A DNA stretch of 64,000 bases. Origin: Bacteroidia bacterium. Lineage in GTDB: Bacteria; Bacteroidota; Bacteroidia; J057; JANRLA01. This document shows positions 9,360 through 18,599 of the stretch, piece by piece. The position numbers and the translations under genes were made by a program. Below the pieces are notes generated by a model. It was not told the DNA's origin and made no database searches. It saw only the letters and a program-made list of their open reading frames with translations. The stretch spans positions 1,562-65,561 of the forward strand of contig JANRLA010000128.1 in NCBI GenBank assembly GCA_033763015.1, given 5' to 3'. Numbering within the stretch: the first letter of the stretch is position 1; every line of letters begins with the position of its first letter.

Positions 9360-10119
9360 GATATTAAAGTATTCGCTGGTCAACCTGCTGCGTAGCCGCG
9401 TGGTGCTGGCCTACACCGTGTGCCTCTTCGCCATCACTACAGCGCTGTTTGCCCTGGAGTCTGACCCCAGCAAGGCCCTGGTGAGCCTGAGCCAGGTGGT
9501 ACTCAACGTGGTGCCGCTGGTGTGCCTGCTCTTCACCGCAATCCAGTACTACAACTCGCTGGAGTTCACCGAGCTGCTGGTGGTGCAACCCCTGCGGCGG
9601 CGCACGATTCTGCTGGGGCAGCTACTGGCCCAGTGGGTGGCGGTATCGTTTGCCTACCTGGTGGGGGTGGTACTGCCGCTCTCGGTCTTCAGCCCGGGGG
9701 CCAACAGTGTCATGCTTTCGGCCTCGGGGGTGCTGCTGGGGGCCATCGGGGTATCGCTGGGCTTCCTCATCGCGCTGGCCAACCGCGACAAGGCCCGGGG
9801 CATTGGCGTGGCCATCCTGCTGTGGCTAGTGTTTGTGGTGGTGTACGATGGCCTGCTGCTGCTTGCGCTGCTGCTCTTGGCCGACTACCCCATCGAGCCC
9901 TGGGTGGTGCCCCTGGCCTCGCTCAACCCCATCGATCTGGCGCGCATCCAGGTTATGCTGCGCATAGACCTGGCGGCGATGCTGGGCTACACCGGGGCGG
10001 TGTACAAGCAGTTTTTCGGCTCGCTGGGTGGCCTGCTGTACACCTTTGGCCTGCTGCTTGTCTGGCTGGTCTGGCCCGCCTGGGTAGCGCTGCGACTGTT
10101 CCTGAAGAAGGACTTCTAG
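9352..10119 (+). CDS. nosY: NosY ABC-2 type permease
   Basis: Six hydrophobic segments. ATG at 9352 overlaps the nosF stop (ATGGGTAA). ORF-track start 9319 is also possible. Confidence 0.85.
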   Translation: MGKILKYSLVNLLRSRVVLAYTVCLFAITTALFALESDPSKALVSLSQVVLNVVPLVCLLFTAIQYYNSLEFTELLVVQPLRRRTILLGQLLAQWVAVSFAYLVGVVLPLSVFSPGANSVMLSASGVLLGAIGVSLGFLIALANRDKARGIGVAILLWLVFVVVYDGLLLLALLLLADYPIEPWVVPLASLNPIDLARIQVMLRIDLAAMLGYTGAVYKQFFGSLGGLLYTFGLLLVWLVWPAWVALRLFLKKDF

Positions 10120-10511
10120 AGGCCCGCGGTCGCCTCGGGGGCCACTTTGTGGTAGATGACGCGGGCAATGTGCTCGGCGCGCTGGTAGGCCTCCTCGGCT
10201 TTGGGCCCTGCGAAGTGCGCCTCGAGCGTGCTGCGCCAGCGCGCAAGCCAGTGCCGAAAGTGGGCCTCGGACATCGGGATGCGCTGGTGCAACTGCAGGT
10301 GCTTTTCGAGGGCGTTGCCACTGAAGCCCGGCGTGCCCAGCAGCACGGCGCTCCAGAAGAGCACCATACGCGGAATGTGGGTATCCCAGTTAAAGTGGGC
10401 GGGGTCGGCAAAAAAATGCCCAATGACCGGGTCGTGCGGCATCTGCGCGTAAAACGCCTTGACCAGCACGTCTACATCGGCCTCGGTGCGGATGTCAGGC
10501 AGGCTCGCCAT
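10116..10511 (-). CDS. Truncated haemoglobin (group III-like globin)
   Basis: Start taken at MASLPDIR. Pattern VLVKAFY...FWSAVLLGTPGFSGNALEKHLQLH...HF..WL resembles group III trHb such as Campylobacter Ctb. Confidence 0.65.
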   Translation of the reverse strand: MASLPDIRTEADVDVLVKAFYAQMPHDPVIGHFFADPAHFNWDTHIPRMVLFWSAVLLGTPGFSGNALEKHLQLHQRIPMSEAHFRHWLARWRSTLEAHFAGPKAEEAYQRAEHIARVIYHKVAPEATAGL

Positions 10512-10866
10512 GTGCCGTAGGGTCAGGTTTGGGCTTGGCTTGCGAGAGGAGGCACAGGCTTTTTTCAAGGGCCAGCACCCAGTGCACCACCCCCGCAGGG
10601 ATGTCTACGGTCTCGAGCGCCGAGAGGTTGACTGTGCGCCTGGCCTCGCTGTACACCACAGCGCCGCGCAGCACGGTGAGCCGACTAGGCCACTTGGCCG
10701 CGTGGTCTTTGAGCTCCATGCCCTCGCCGAAGGCAAAGGCAACCAGGTTGAAGCCTTCGCCGCTGTGCAGCGACTTGGCCACGGGCCGCGGGTGGCTGCC
10801 GACCTCGGCCCAGGCTTCGTGCAACGGGTGTGCGGGTTCCATACGAGCGGTCATGGGGTACTTCAA
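10495..10866 (-). CDS. Cupin domain protein
   Basis: 123 aa, small beta-barrel-like sequence (GEGMELKDHAAKWPSRLTVLRGAVVY...IPAGVVHWV). Overlaps the downstream trHb gene by 17 nt, so probably one operon. Confidence 0.65.
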   Translation of the reverse strand: MKYPMTARMEPAHPLHEAWAEVGSHPRPVAKSLHSGEGFNLVAFAFGEGMELKDHAAKWPSRLTVLRGAVVYSEARRTVNLSALETVDIPAGVVHWVLALEKSLCLLSQAKPKPDPTAHGEPA

Positions 10867-10892
10867 ACTTCTGCTTCAGCGCACCAAAAGTT

Positions 10893-10908
10893 TATGATGT
10901 ATGTCAGG
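10893..10908. promoter_or_regulatory. FNR/CRP-like half-conserved box (site C) upstream of cupin-trHb operon
   Basis: TATGATGTATGTCAGG shares its first 9 nt with site A (TATGATGTA). Core TGAT-N4-GTCA. Lies 27-42 nt upstream of the cupin start 10866 on the minus strand. Confidence 0.3.
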
Positions 10909-10982
10909 GTTTGGGGGTTTTGTAACGTGCCATTTTCTGCCTGTGGTGATGTTGCGGCCCACGACAACCCCACCGTACACAA

Positions 10983-11085
10983 CTAGCGGGTCGCCACCGG
11001 CGCTGCGCGGAGCCGGTACCACTGGCGCAGGGCATCGCCGATTTCGTGGGGGCGGTCTTCTTGCAGGAAGTGGCGCGCCCGGTTT
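10983..11085 (-). pseudogene. 3' fragment of an alpha/beta-hydrolase (haloalkane-dehalogenase-like) gene, truncated by the CRISPR array
   Basis: Minus-strand translation NRARHFLQEDRPHEIGDALRQWYRLRAAPVATR* matches the typical C-terminus G-H-[FY]-LQED-x-P-x-x-IG-x-x-[IL]-x-x-W of HLD-type hydrolases. It begins exactly at the last CRISPR repeat, and no upstream part of the gene is present. Confidence 0.5.
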
Positions 11086-12276
11086 GCTTCAATCCTCATC
11101 CGGCCCGAAGGCCGGATGCTACTTTGTATTTTGGGCCATGCCGAGAAGGGAGTACGGGTTTCAATCCTCATCCGGCCCGAAGGCCGGATGCTACTACTTA
11201 CGGCCAGGTTCCAGGCAATCCGGAAATACGTTTCAATCCTCATCCGGCCCGAAGGCCGGATGCTACAATGGCCCCGACGTGTCGAGGCTTCAAACGTTTT
11301 TGTTTCAATCCTCATCCGGCCCGAAGGCCGGATGCTACGAGGCGTGTGGCTGGCACTACCAGACCAACGAGGTGTTTAAATCCTCATCAGGCCCGAAGGA
11401 CGGATGCTCCGTGGCCAAAGAAACCGATGTGCGCATTGAGTGCGGTTTCAATCCTCATCCGGCCCGCAGGCCGGAAGCAACGTTGCGCCAACACTCTTGC
11501 TCTGGCAGGGCGGCGGCGTTTCAATCCTCATCCGGCCCGACGGCCGGATGCTACTGGGAGCGCTTTGGGGGTCATTCGGTCGGCTCAGCGTTTCAATCCT
11601 CATCCGGCCCGAAGGCCGGATGCTACGCTACTGAGCGCGTCGGCAGCGGTGCCGCTCAGGTTTCAATCCTCATCCGGCCCGAAGGCCGGATGCTACGCGT
11701 TGCCGGTAAAGCGGTAGTAAGTTTTGCCCGCGTTTCAATCCTCATCCGGCCCGAAGGCCGGATGCTACTGCTGATCTGCGTGGCCTCGCCGATGTACACC
11801 GTGTCGTTTCAATCCTCATCCGGCCCGAAGGCCGGATGCTACCCCTGCATCGACAGGTTGCCTACCAGCTTCTTGTGTTTCAATCCTCATCCGGCCCGAA
11901 GGCCGGATGCTACGTAAGGAGCTCGACCAAGTGAGCGAACAGCTACAGGGTTTCAATCCTCATCCGGCCCGAAGGCCGGATGCTACTCATGGCGGTGGTT
12001 GCATGGTTCCAGTACAAGCAATTTCAATCCTCATCCGGCCCGAAGGCCGGATGCTACGGGGCGTTTTGCAGGCTCGACCACCACCAGCCGTAGTTTCAAT
12101 CCTCATCCGGCCCGAAGGCCGGATGCTACCTTCATCCGCTACGAAGCGGTTACCTATGACCCCACGTTTCAATCCTCATCCGGCCCGAAGGCCGGATGCT
12201 ACACGCCTGCCTCCTGGGTGGCTGTGCTTCGATTGCTCCGTTTCAATCCTCATCCGGCCCGAAGGCCCGATGCTAT
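11086..12276 (-). CRISPR. CRISPR array, 17 repeats of 37 bp, 16 spacers of 33-37 bp (type I-C-like repeat)
   Basis: Plus-strand repeat is GTTTCAATCCTCATCCGGCCCGAAGGCCGGATGCTAC. Repeats start at 11086, 11158, 11230, 11302, 11374, 11445, 11518, 11590, 11660, 11732, 11806, 11877, 11950, 12021, 12093, 12166 and 12240. The minus-strand form GTAGCATCCGGCCTTCGGGCCGGATGAGGATTGAAAC ends in ATTGAAAC as I-C repeats do, so transcription is inferred co-directional with the cas genes. Confidence 0.97.
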
Positions 12277-12311
12277 CAATCCCAGGATTTCAAAGAACTG
12301 GTTATCTGGGT

Positions 12312-13235
12312 TTAGCCCACGTAGCGGTGCAAGGTGATGCCCGCCGGTAGGGTCTGGTCGTCTACCCACACCTCGTAGTCGGCAAACTTGCGCCCAACCT
12401 CCACCCCCGGCTTGCGCTGCACCCGGATGCGCTCGAAGAGCGCGTAGGCCGGGGCGTTGCCCAGCGCCGAGGGGTGCTCAAAGACGTAGAGGCCTCGGGT
12501 ATTCATCTGGCCACGGGCAGCGCTCCGGTCGTGCTCAAACATGTTGCCCAGGGCCTCCCAGAGCAGGCCCAGGTCGTCGGGGCCAAAGCCGGTCTGTCGG
12601 GCCAGGTGAGCAGACACAAAGCCGTGGCCCAGGTACAGGCCGTAGGGCACGGTGTACTTGCGGCCCATGGTGCGGTTATCGCCGTCTTGGGCTGCGGCTT
12701 CTTTCTCGGTGGCCACGGCCATGCGGGTAATGGCGTGCTCAGCGGCAAAGATGGGGTCTACAGACCGGGCGAAGGTGAGCTGTACGGGCCCACGTACCTG
12801 CCCTGCATTTACGCCCGTAGACATGACCGCACCGAAGGTGCGTACGTCGTAGAAGTTCTTGCACATCCAGGCCCGTGCGTCGGCGACCTTGTCGCCACCC
12901 TTGCGCTTTTTCTCGTCGGGGTTCTTCTCGTTTGCTTTGAGCTGGTCTTCGGCACCAATGCCCACGTAGGCCCGCTCGTGCTGCTTGTTCAGGATGCCCT
13001 TTTCTTTCACGTAGATTTCATACCTGGGCTGCATGAGCGGGCTTGTGACCTCGGTTTGGTCTTTGGTGAGGGCGATGTAGTTGCGGATTTTGCGCTTCAG
13101 GCACACATCGGTCACGATACCGAGGCCGGTTTCGGGGTCCATGCGGGGCAAATTGCCCGCGTCGGGGTCGCCGTTGGGGTTACCGTCGGTGACATCGAAC
13201 AGGAGGACAAAGTCGTAGCGGTGGTCGAGGCTCAT
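12312..13235 (-). CDS. cas7: Cas7 (Csd2), type I-C
   Basis: N-terminus [25 protein letters not shown] is typical of Csd2/Cas7c. 4-nt overlap with cas8c. Confidence 0.9.
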   Translation of the reverse strand: MSLDHRYDFVLLFDVTDGNPNGDPDAGNLPRMDPETGLGIVTDVCLKRKIRNYIALTKDQTEVTSPLMQPRYEIYVKEKGILNKQHERAYVGIGAEDQLKANEKNPDEKKRKGGDKVADARAWMCKNFYDVRTFGAVMSTGVNAGQVRGPVQLTFARSVDPIFAAEHAITRMAVATEKEAAAQDGDNRTMGRKYTVPYGLYLGHGFVSAHLARQTGFGPDDLGLLWEALGNMFEHDRSAARGQMNTRGLYVFEHPSALGNAPAYALFERIRVQRKPGVEVGRKFADYEVWVDDQTLPAGITLHRYVG

Positions 13236-14974
13236 ACTGCTTCGGGGGTAGAGGTGGTGGGTTCGGTGGCTTTGGTTGGGTAGAAGTCTTGTTGTTGGTG
13301 GTAGTAGCCAATGGCAAACGCACCCTGGTCGGCCAGCGATAGGCGGGCGGGGAAGGTGCCTTGAAACTGACTTGCGATTTGAGCTACCAGTTTGCGCCGG
13401 TTGACGGCCTGGCCCGTACGGCCCTGCTTTTCTAGCTTATCTACGTGGTGCCGGTGGCGGGCAATGAGCGTAGCGAAGACAGCCTGGGGCGTACTGCTTG
13501 CCGCGCTGTAAAAGGACTTGAGGGTATCGCCCATACTGGCCTCCACTTGTGTCTTTTCGATGACGGCGAAGAGGCGGCCTAACTGGTAGCCGATGTTGGG
13601 GTGTTCGGGGTCTAGGGCCACAGGAAAGCGGGGGTTTGGTGAACGGGAGAAGCGAAGACGACGGTTGAGGTAGGCCTTGATGAGTGCCGCGCGTGGGTAG
13701 GTTGCCTTTTGCTCTGCCTGGTTACGGCGGACGGCGGCCTGCAACAGGGTTTCGGGTAGGGGTAGGCCCGCCAGAACCGTGCGCAGGGTATCGCCTGCCA
13801 AGTTGGGCGGGATGTTTTCGGCCTTCCCGAGGGTAGCGATACTGGTTAGGAGCCGAAAAAGAGAGGGGTAGCCAAACTTGTCGCGACCGACCATATCTAG
13901 GTCATCGAACCACCCCGCGATGCGTGTACCGGTCTGGGCAACGGTACCTACGTGCCAAAACCGGATAGCGATGCGCGAAGCATTGGGCGATAACCCGAGT
14001 ACATAGAAGGTGTCGTTGCCATCGTCGGCGACGTACGCGCCGTTTTGGATACTGCCCAGTAGGCTCCGAATGGCTGTGGTGCGGGCGTCGGGGTTGTCTT
14101 TTTCAGGCTCAGCAAACAGGCTAGCAAAGTTGCCCTCCAGTGCACTGCCTTGCTTCGACCAAAAGACCGTACTGGCATCGCCCACTTGCATCCGTTGGTT
14201 GCTTTTTTTGTCGAGCAGAAGGTTTAGCGCAGTGGTGTATTTGAATACCGCCGAAGCGCCAACCGGAGCGTTGGCGCCCTGCTCTTTGCCGTACGAGGTA
14301 AATGCTGGTAGGTTGAACGAAACAATGTTTGCCCCAGACGACTGGCTACCCCACACCCCTTTGATAGAGGGATGCAGCCGTTCGGTTGGCTCGACCTGCC
14401 CAGTTACCAGACAGACACCTGTGCTAGAAACTTGCGTGTCGCCATTTGATTGGATAGCAGCGACGACAGCTGGCCGAAGGCTCACCAAGTCGGCACTGTC
14501 GCCTGCCAAGCGAAAGCTCACATTGGCGTTTGTCTCAACAATTTCATGTACCAGATGAGGCGTGGCCGATTGCCAATTTGGGTTTTCGAGAAACCGTAGA
14601 ACGGCCAGGACGCCCTCGTCGTGGGCTACGCCCGCCAGTTCAGTGGCAATCCGTTGCCGGAAGGCCTCGAATTGGAGGTGCGTTTTCGTTGGATTTCCTT
14701 TGATGTCTACGCTCAGCGCATACTCGGCTTTATCCCACAGTAGGTTGGGATCAATGGCCGAGGTACGACCTACATCTTGGGGTACCAAGAAGCGCCGCGC
14801 CACCAACTTTTTTCCTTCAGGTGTGCGGGTGTCTTCAATGTGTAGTAAAGACCCATCGGGGTTCAAGACCAGAATGAAGGGTATCGCTTTCCACTCAAAG
14901 CCGGGCGGTGCAACTTCGGCGCTGCCGGTAGCGGTCTTGCGGTCGTAGTACTCGACCAATGCTTGAAGTATCAT
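13232..14974 (-). CDS. cas8c: Cas8c (Csd1), type I-C large subunit
   Basis: Start taken at [12 protein letters not shown] (typical Csd1 N-terminus), giving an ATGA overlap with the cas5 stop. About 580 aa. Confidence 0.88.
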   Translation of the reverse strand: MILQALVEYYDRKTATGSAEVAPPGFEWKAIPFILVLNPDGSLLHIEDTRTPEGKKLVARRFLVPQDVGRTSAIDPNLLWDKAEYALSVDIKGNPTKTHLQFEAFRQRIATELAGVAHDEGVLAVLRFLENPNWQSATPHLVHEIVETNANVSFRLAGDSADLVSLRPAVVAAIQSNGDTQVSSTGVCLVTGQVEPTERLHPSIKGVWGSQSSGANIVSFNLPAFTSYGKEQGANAPVGASAVFKYTTALNLLLDKKSNQRMQVGDASTVFWSKQGSALEGNFASLFAEPEKDNPDARTTAIRSLLGSIQNGAYVADDGNDTFYVLGLSPNASRIAIRFWHVGTVAQTGTRIAGWFDDLDMVGRDKFGYPSLFRLLTSIATLGKAENIPPNLAGDTLRTVLAGLPLPETLLQAAVRRNQAEQKATYPRAALIKAYLNRRLRFSRSPNPRFPVALDPEHPNIGYQLGRLFAVIEKTQVEASMGDTLKSFYSAASSTPQAVFATLIARHRHHVDKLEKQGRTGQAVNRRKLVAQIASQFQGTFPARLSLADQGAFAIGYYHQQQDFYPTKATEPTTSTPEAV

Positions 14975-15636
14975 CTGCGCACCTCCTCGCTGTTCCAAGC
15001 AGGTACCGTAAGTGTTCCATCCACCAAGTGCGCTCTGAAGAACAGCGGGGCAGGCCCCTCGGGCGCCGCGAAATCCAGGTCGTAGAGCATGAAACCCAGG
15101 TCGCGTGTTTCGGCTATTGGGGTAACGGGATCTTCAACGGGGTCAACTAGCCGGAAGTGCGCTGGGAACTCGCGGCAGCCCAAGTACGGCTGGTGAAAGC
15201 ATTGCCCAGCACCCGCCCGGCGTTCAAACATCTCCCAAAACTTTGGGGCCGAATTGCCCTCGCTCGCAGTAGAAAGCACCTCAAGACCTGCGTACAAACG
15301 GTAGCGAACGTCGCGTAGTAAAAGCCCTGCCCGCTGCTGGCGTTCGTCCTCGATGAAAATGGATAGGCTGCCTCGACCAGCGTTCATGGCTTTGGTCGCG
15401 TTGTCGACCGAGAGTTTGGTCGCAACTTCATTTCTGCGAATGCTGAGCCAATGAATGGGCTGTAGCACGTCAATTCTCTGAACGTGCCATCGAATGGCAG
15501 GCTTCCAGAGTATGGCTTCGAAGATGGCTCTGGCAGCCGAGGGTGTTATGACATCGTAGCTGACACGCTCTACTTTCATTTCGGGTCGCGTGAAGCAGGC
15601 GTAGTCGCCATGCACTTCAAGGCAGTAGGTTTTCAT
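14971..15636 (-). CDS. cas5: Cas5d, type I-C (pre-crRNA processing subunit)
   Basis: MKTYCLEVHGDYACFTRPEMKVERVSYDVITPSAARAIFEAILWKPAI is the canonical Cas5d N-terminus. Confidence 0.9.
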   Translation of the reverse strand: MKTYCLEVHGDYACFTRPEMKVERVSYDVITPSAARAIFEAILWKPAIRWHVQRIDVLQPIHWLSIRRNEVATKLSVDNATKAMNAGRGSLSIFIEDERQQRAGLLLRDVRYRLYAGLEVLSTASEGNSAPKFWEMFERRAGAGQCFHQPYLGCREFPAHFRLVDPVEDPVTPIAETRDLGFMLYDLDFAAPEGPAPLFFRAHLVDGTLTVPAWNSEEVRR

Positions 15637-15638
15637 GT

Positions 15639-17918
15639 TCAGGCCAAAAGTTCGGAAGGACGGATTTCAGAAGTGGGTAGCACAAGCCCGATTTCGGCAT
15701 CATACCGGCGGGCCAAATACAGGCCTTCGCGTACTTCGACATCGCCAACTTGTTGCATCGCCTGTAGTAGGTGTTCAGGAACGGAGACCGTGTACCGCTG
15801 CAATGCACGGTACGCCGCACGGTCGGTACCCTCCCGTTCGAGTCTCGAAAGCCACTCAAACACTGGGCTTTCTGCTTCGTTGGGCGGATTGTAGGGCACT
15901 ACGATGGGTACGCCATCGTCCGCGATCAGCTTAAACCGTTTCGCAATGGTTCTGAACGGAATTTCACCCCGGCTAGCATCCCGCTGCTCAAGGGTGAGAA
16001 TAGCGTGTTTATCTAGCTCACCTTTGCTGTACAAGCGATCGAAGTAGCGCCGGAAGGATTCGGGCGCCAAGGGGTCGGTCACCTCTCCCGATAGCAAGAG
16101 CTCACGTGCGGTGTCTTCACCTTGCCTGAGTAACCCTGGTGGGGCAGGGGCTTCGGGGTTAAAGACAGTAACGGTGCCCAGCGTGTCAAGCAGGCCCTCA
16201 CGGTTGCAACGACCTGCTGCCTGGGCAATGGAATCCAACCCTGCCATGGCCCGAACGACCACCGGGAAGTCGAAATCAACCCCCGCTTCGACCAGTTGGG
16301 TTGCCACCACGCGCAAGGGTTGGGAGTCACCGGCCCGTCGTTTCGACAATCTTTCTTTTATGTTGGCAATAACGTCTGTGCGGTGCTGGCCGCACATAAG
16401 GGCCGATACATGCACCCGGCCACTCTCAGCTGGAAGCAGGTTGTAGAGTGTACGGCAGTCGGCACGTCGGTTTACGATGACGAGTACACAGCTCTGCGCC
16501 AAGAGGTAGTCTGCAACTTCTTGCCAAGTACTCGTTATGCACCAGTCTTTCAAGGGCTGAACCGAAACGCGCTTTAACCGCCCTGCCAGTGCCATAGGTG
16601 CCTCGGCGATCTCGCGCACGTGTGTCAGCCCCCTACGCACCAAATGCCCGAAGGCATCACGCTTTTCCTCCAACGCAGGCTGGGTCGCAGTACAGAGTAG
16701 TACCGTTACACCGTAGTGCCAAGTGAGCAGTTCTACCACGTGCACAATTGGGTCGAGAAACTCACGGGGCAGTTGTTGAGCCTCGTCGAGGACGATGACG
16801 CTGTTTACAAGGTTGTGCAGCTTGCGGCACCGGCTGGGCTTGGCAGCAAAGAGCGATTCAAAGAGCTGTACGTTGGTGGTGACCGTAAGTGGGGCATCCC
16901 AGTTCTCAGCCCAAAGGCGATTCTGAGGGGTCTCTCGCGCGGGATCAAGGTTGCTGTGGTGCTCCAGAACCGCATCAGGCCAAGTACGAAATACGTTTCG
17001 GAAAACATCGGCGGTCTGCTCGATGATACTAGTGAAAGGAATCGCATACACGACGCGTCGCTTTTGCCACTTCACAGCATGCGTTAGTGCAAACGCAAGG
17101 CTAGAAAGCGTTTTCCCCCCACCGGTGGGGACAGTTAATGAAAATAGACCAGGCTTCAGCTCTGCAGCTGAGCGGCAACTTGATAAGACCTCAGAGCGTA
17201 GGTTGGTTACCCCGCTTGGAGTTGCCTTCAGGGTGAATGAATCGAGGTGACTCCTAAGGGCCTTCTCCAAGTCCATTACCGATGCTCTTGTCTGCGCGCG
17301 CTGGGTCGTTCGCGTTGGGTCCATAAAGGACTCCGTGTTCAAGAAGTCGGCATCTACCAGGCAAGAAAATAGCATCCGTTGCCAAAGTGCTAGGCCAGCA
17401 GCGCCACCAGGGAGTTTGGGTTCAGGCTGCGGCGATTGCAGCCAATCGGGTGCGTGTGTGCCTAGGCCCAGCAGCGACTCCTTCAGCTCTTCGGTTGCAG
17501 CGGCCAGCCGCACCTGAAGACAGCTTTTGCCGCCATCGGAACCCTCGACCGTATCAGGTGCCCAATCGGGTAGCCCAGCATGATGGCCCGCGATGCAGTA
17601 CGCCAGCAATCGTCCATATGGCCCAAACCGGTTGACAGCATGTAGGGCGCCTGCTGTGCTATGGGGTAGTTTCCCGACGCTACCCTCCAAGTGCGCTTCG
17701 GGGTCGTGCCCTGACGCAAACCGAATCCGTCGCTGAAACGCTTGTTGGTATTTGCCCAGGTCGTGCCAAAGACCTGCCAAACGCGCCCAATCTGTAGCTC
17801 CAAAGGGTTCGGCGAACTGCGCGGCGAGTTCCCCAACATCGCGCAGGTGGTTGTTAAGCGGATGGACCAGCCATTCGCCCGAATCTAGCTCTCGAATATG
17901 GGCGACTGGCTTCTGCAT
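15639..17918 (-). CDS. cas3: Cas3 HD nuclease-helicase
   Basis: HD motif LAGLWHDLGKY. Helicase motif I VPTGGGKT, motif II VIVLDEAQQL. 759 aa. Confidence 0.92.
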   Translation of the reverse strand: MQKPVAHIRELDSGEWLVHPLNNHLRDVGELAAQFAEPFGATDWARLAGLWHDLGKYQQAFQRRIRFASGHDPEAHLEGSVGKLPHSTAGALHAVNRFGPYGRLLAYCIAGHHAGLPDWAPDTVEGSDGGKSCLQVRLAAATEELKESLLGLGTHAPDWLQSPQPEPKLPGGAAGLALWQRMLFSCLVDADFLNTESFMDPTRTTQRAQTRASVMDLEKALRSHLDSFTLKATPSGVTNLRSEVLSSCRSAAELKPGLFSLTVPTGGGKTLSSLAFALTHAVKWQKRRVVYAIPFTSIIEQTADVFRNVFRTWPDAVLEHHSNLDPARETPQNRLWAENWDAPLTVTTNVQLFESLFAAKPSRCRKLHNLVNSVIVLDEAQQLPREFLDPIVHVVELLTWHYGVTVLLCTATQPALEEKRDAFGHLVRRGLTHVREIAEAPMALAGRLKRVSVQPLKDWCITSTWQEVADYLLAQSCVLVIVNRRADCRTLYNLLPAESGRVHVSALMCGQHRTDVIANIKERLSKRRAGDSQPLRVVATQLVEAGVDFDFPVVVRAMAGLDSIAQAAGRCNREGLLDTLGTVTVFNPEAPAPPGLLRQGEDTARELLLSGEVTDPLAPESFRRYFDRLYSKGELDKHAILTLEQRDASRGEIPFRTIAKRFKLIADDGVPIVVPYNPPNEAESPVFEWLSRLEREGTDRAAYRALQRYTVSVPEHLLQAMQQVGDVEVREGLYLARRYDAEIGLVLPTSEIRPSELLA

Positions 17919-18059
17919 TAGTCTACGCTACTATTGGTATAACCAAATTAGAGCTCCCAGCGGTACGCCTGCAACGCCCGCACATCCGCCCCAAGGTTCG
18001 AGAGTAACGACCGTGGGGGTACCGGGTGGCCCTTTTTTCTGGTACAGTAGCTTGCCCCT

Positions 18060-18587
18060 ATGCGCAAGCTGGTACTCTACACCGCCCTTAGCCTTGATGG
18101 CTATCTGGCCCGCCCCAACCACGCCATCGACTGGCTGCCAGAAAATGACACGGGCGAAGACTACGGCTACACTGCGTTTTACGACACCATCGGTGCGGTG
18201 GTTTACGGGCGTAACACCTACGACTTCATGCGTGCCCAGGGCTTCTACGCCTATGAGGGTGTGCCCAACTACTTGTTCTCTAGCGCCTACAGCGGCGATC
18301 TGCCCCCGAACGTCCTGCACGTAAACCAGCCCCTGGCCGCAGTGGTGGGCCCACTGCTACAGCAGGAAGGAAAGAACATCTGGCTGGTTGGGGGCAGCGG
18401 GTTGATACGCGAAGCGCTTGAGGCCCAACTTCTTGCCGAGCTTCACCTACAAACCATCCCCGTACTCATCGGCCAGGGTATTTCGTTGTGGTTACCCCGT
18501 AGCGGCGATGTGCGGCTGGTCCTTAGGTCGTATACAGCCTACCCCGATGGCGTTGTGGCCACGGTGTACGGGTGTGTATACGGCTAG
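18060..18587 (+). CDS. Dihydrofolate reductase family protein (RibD C-terminal domain-like)
   Basis: MRKLVLYTALSLDGYLARPNHAIDWL and the later IWLVGGSGL are typical of this family. Confidence 0.75.
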   Translation: MRKLVLYTALSLDGYLARPNHAIDWLPENDTGEDYGYTAFYDTIGAVVYGRNTYDFMRAQGFYAYEGVPNYLFSSAYSGDLPPNVLHVNQPLAAVVGPLLQQEGKNIWLVGGSGLIREALEAQLLAELHLQTIPVLIGQGISLWLPRSGDVRLVLRSYTAYPDGVVATVYGCVYG

Positions 18588-18599
18588 TACCTTCGCCCC

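Noticed and set aside
12277-12311. ATTTCAA at 12287-12293 resembling the start of another repeat, which could indicate an 18th degraded repeat
   Set aside because: Only 6-7 nt match, and the position is out of phase with the ~72-bp unit (the next repeat would start near 12312, inside cas7).
10901-12350. Several long ORFs (e.g. 10901-11917, 338 aa; 11046-11717; 11907-12350) with periodic peptides such as FQSSSGPKAGCY or FNPHPARRPDAT
   Set aside because: They are translations of the 37-bp CRISPR repeat in different frames. The periodicity equals the repeat-spacer unit, so they are not protein-coding.
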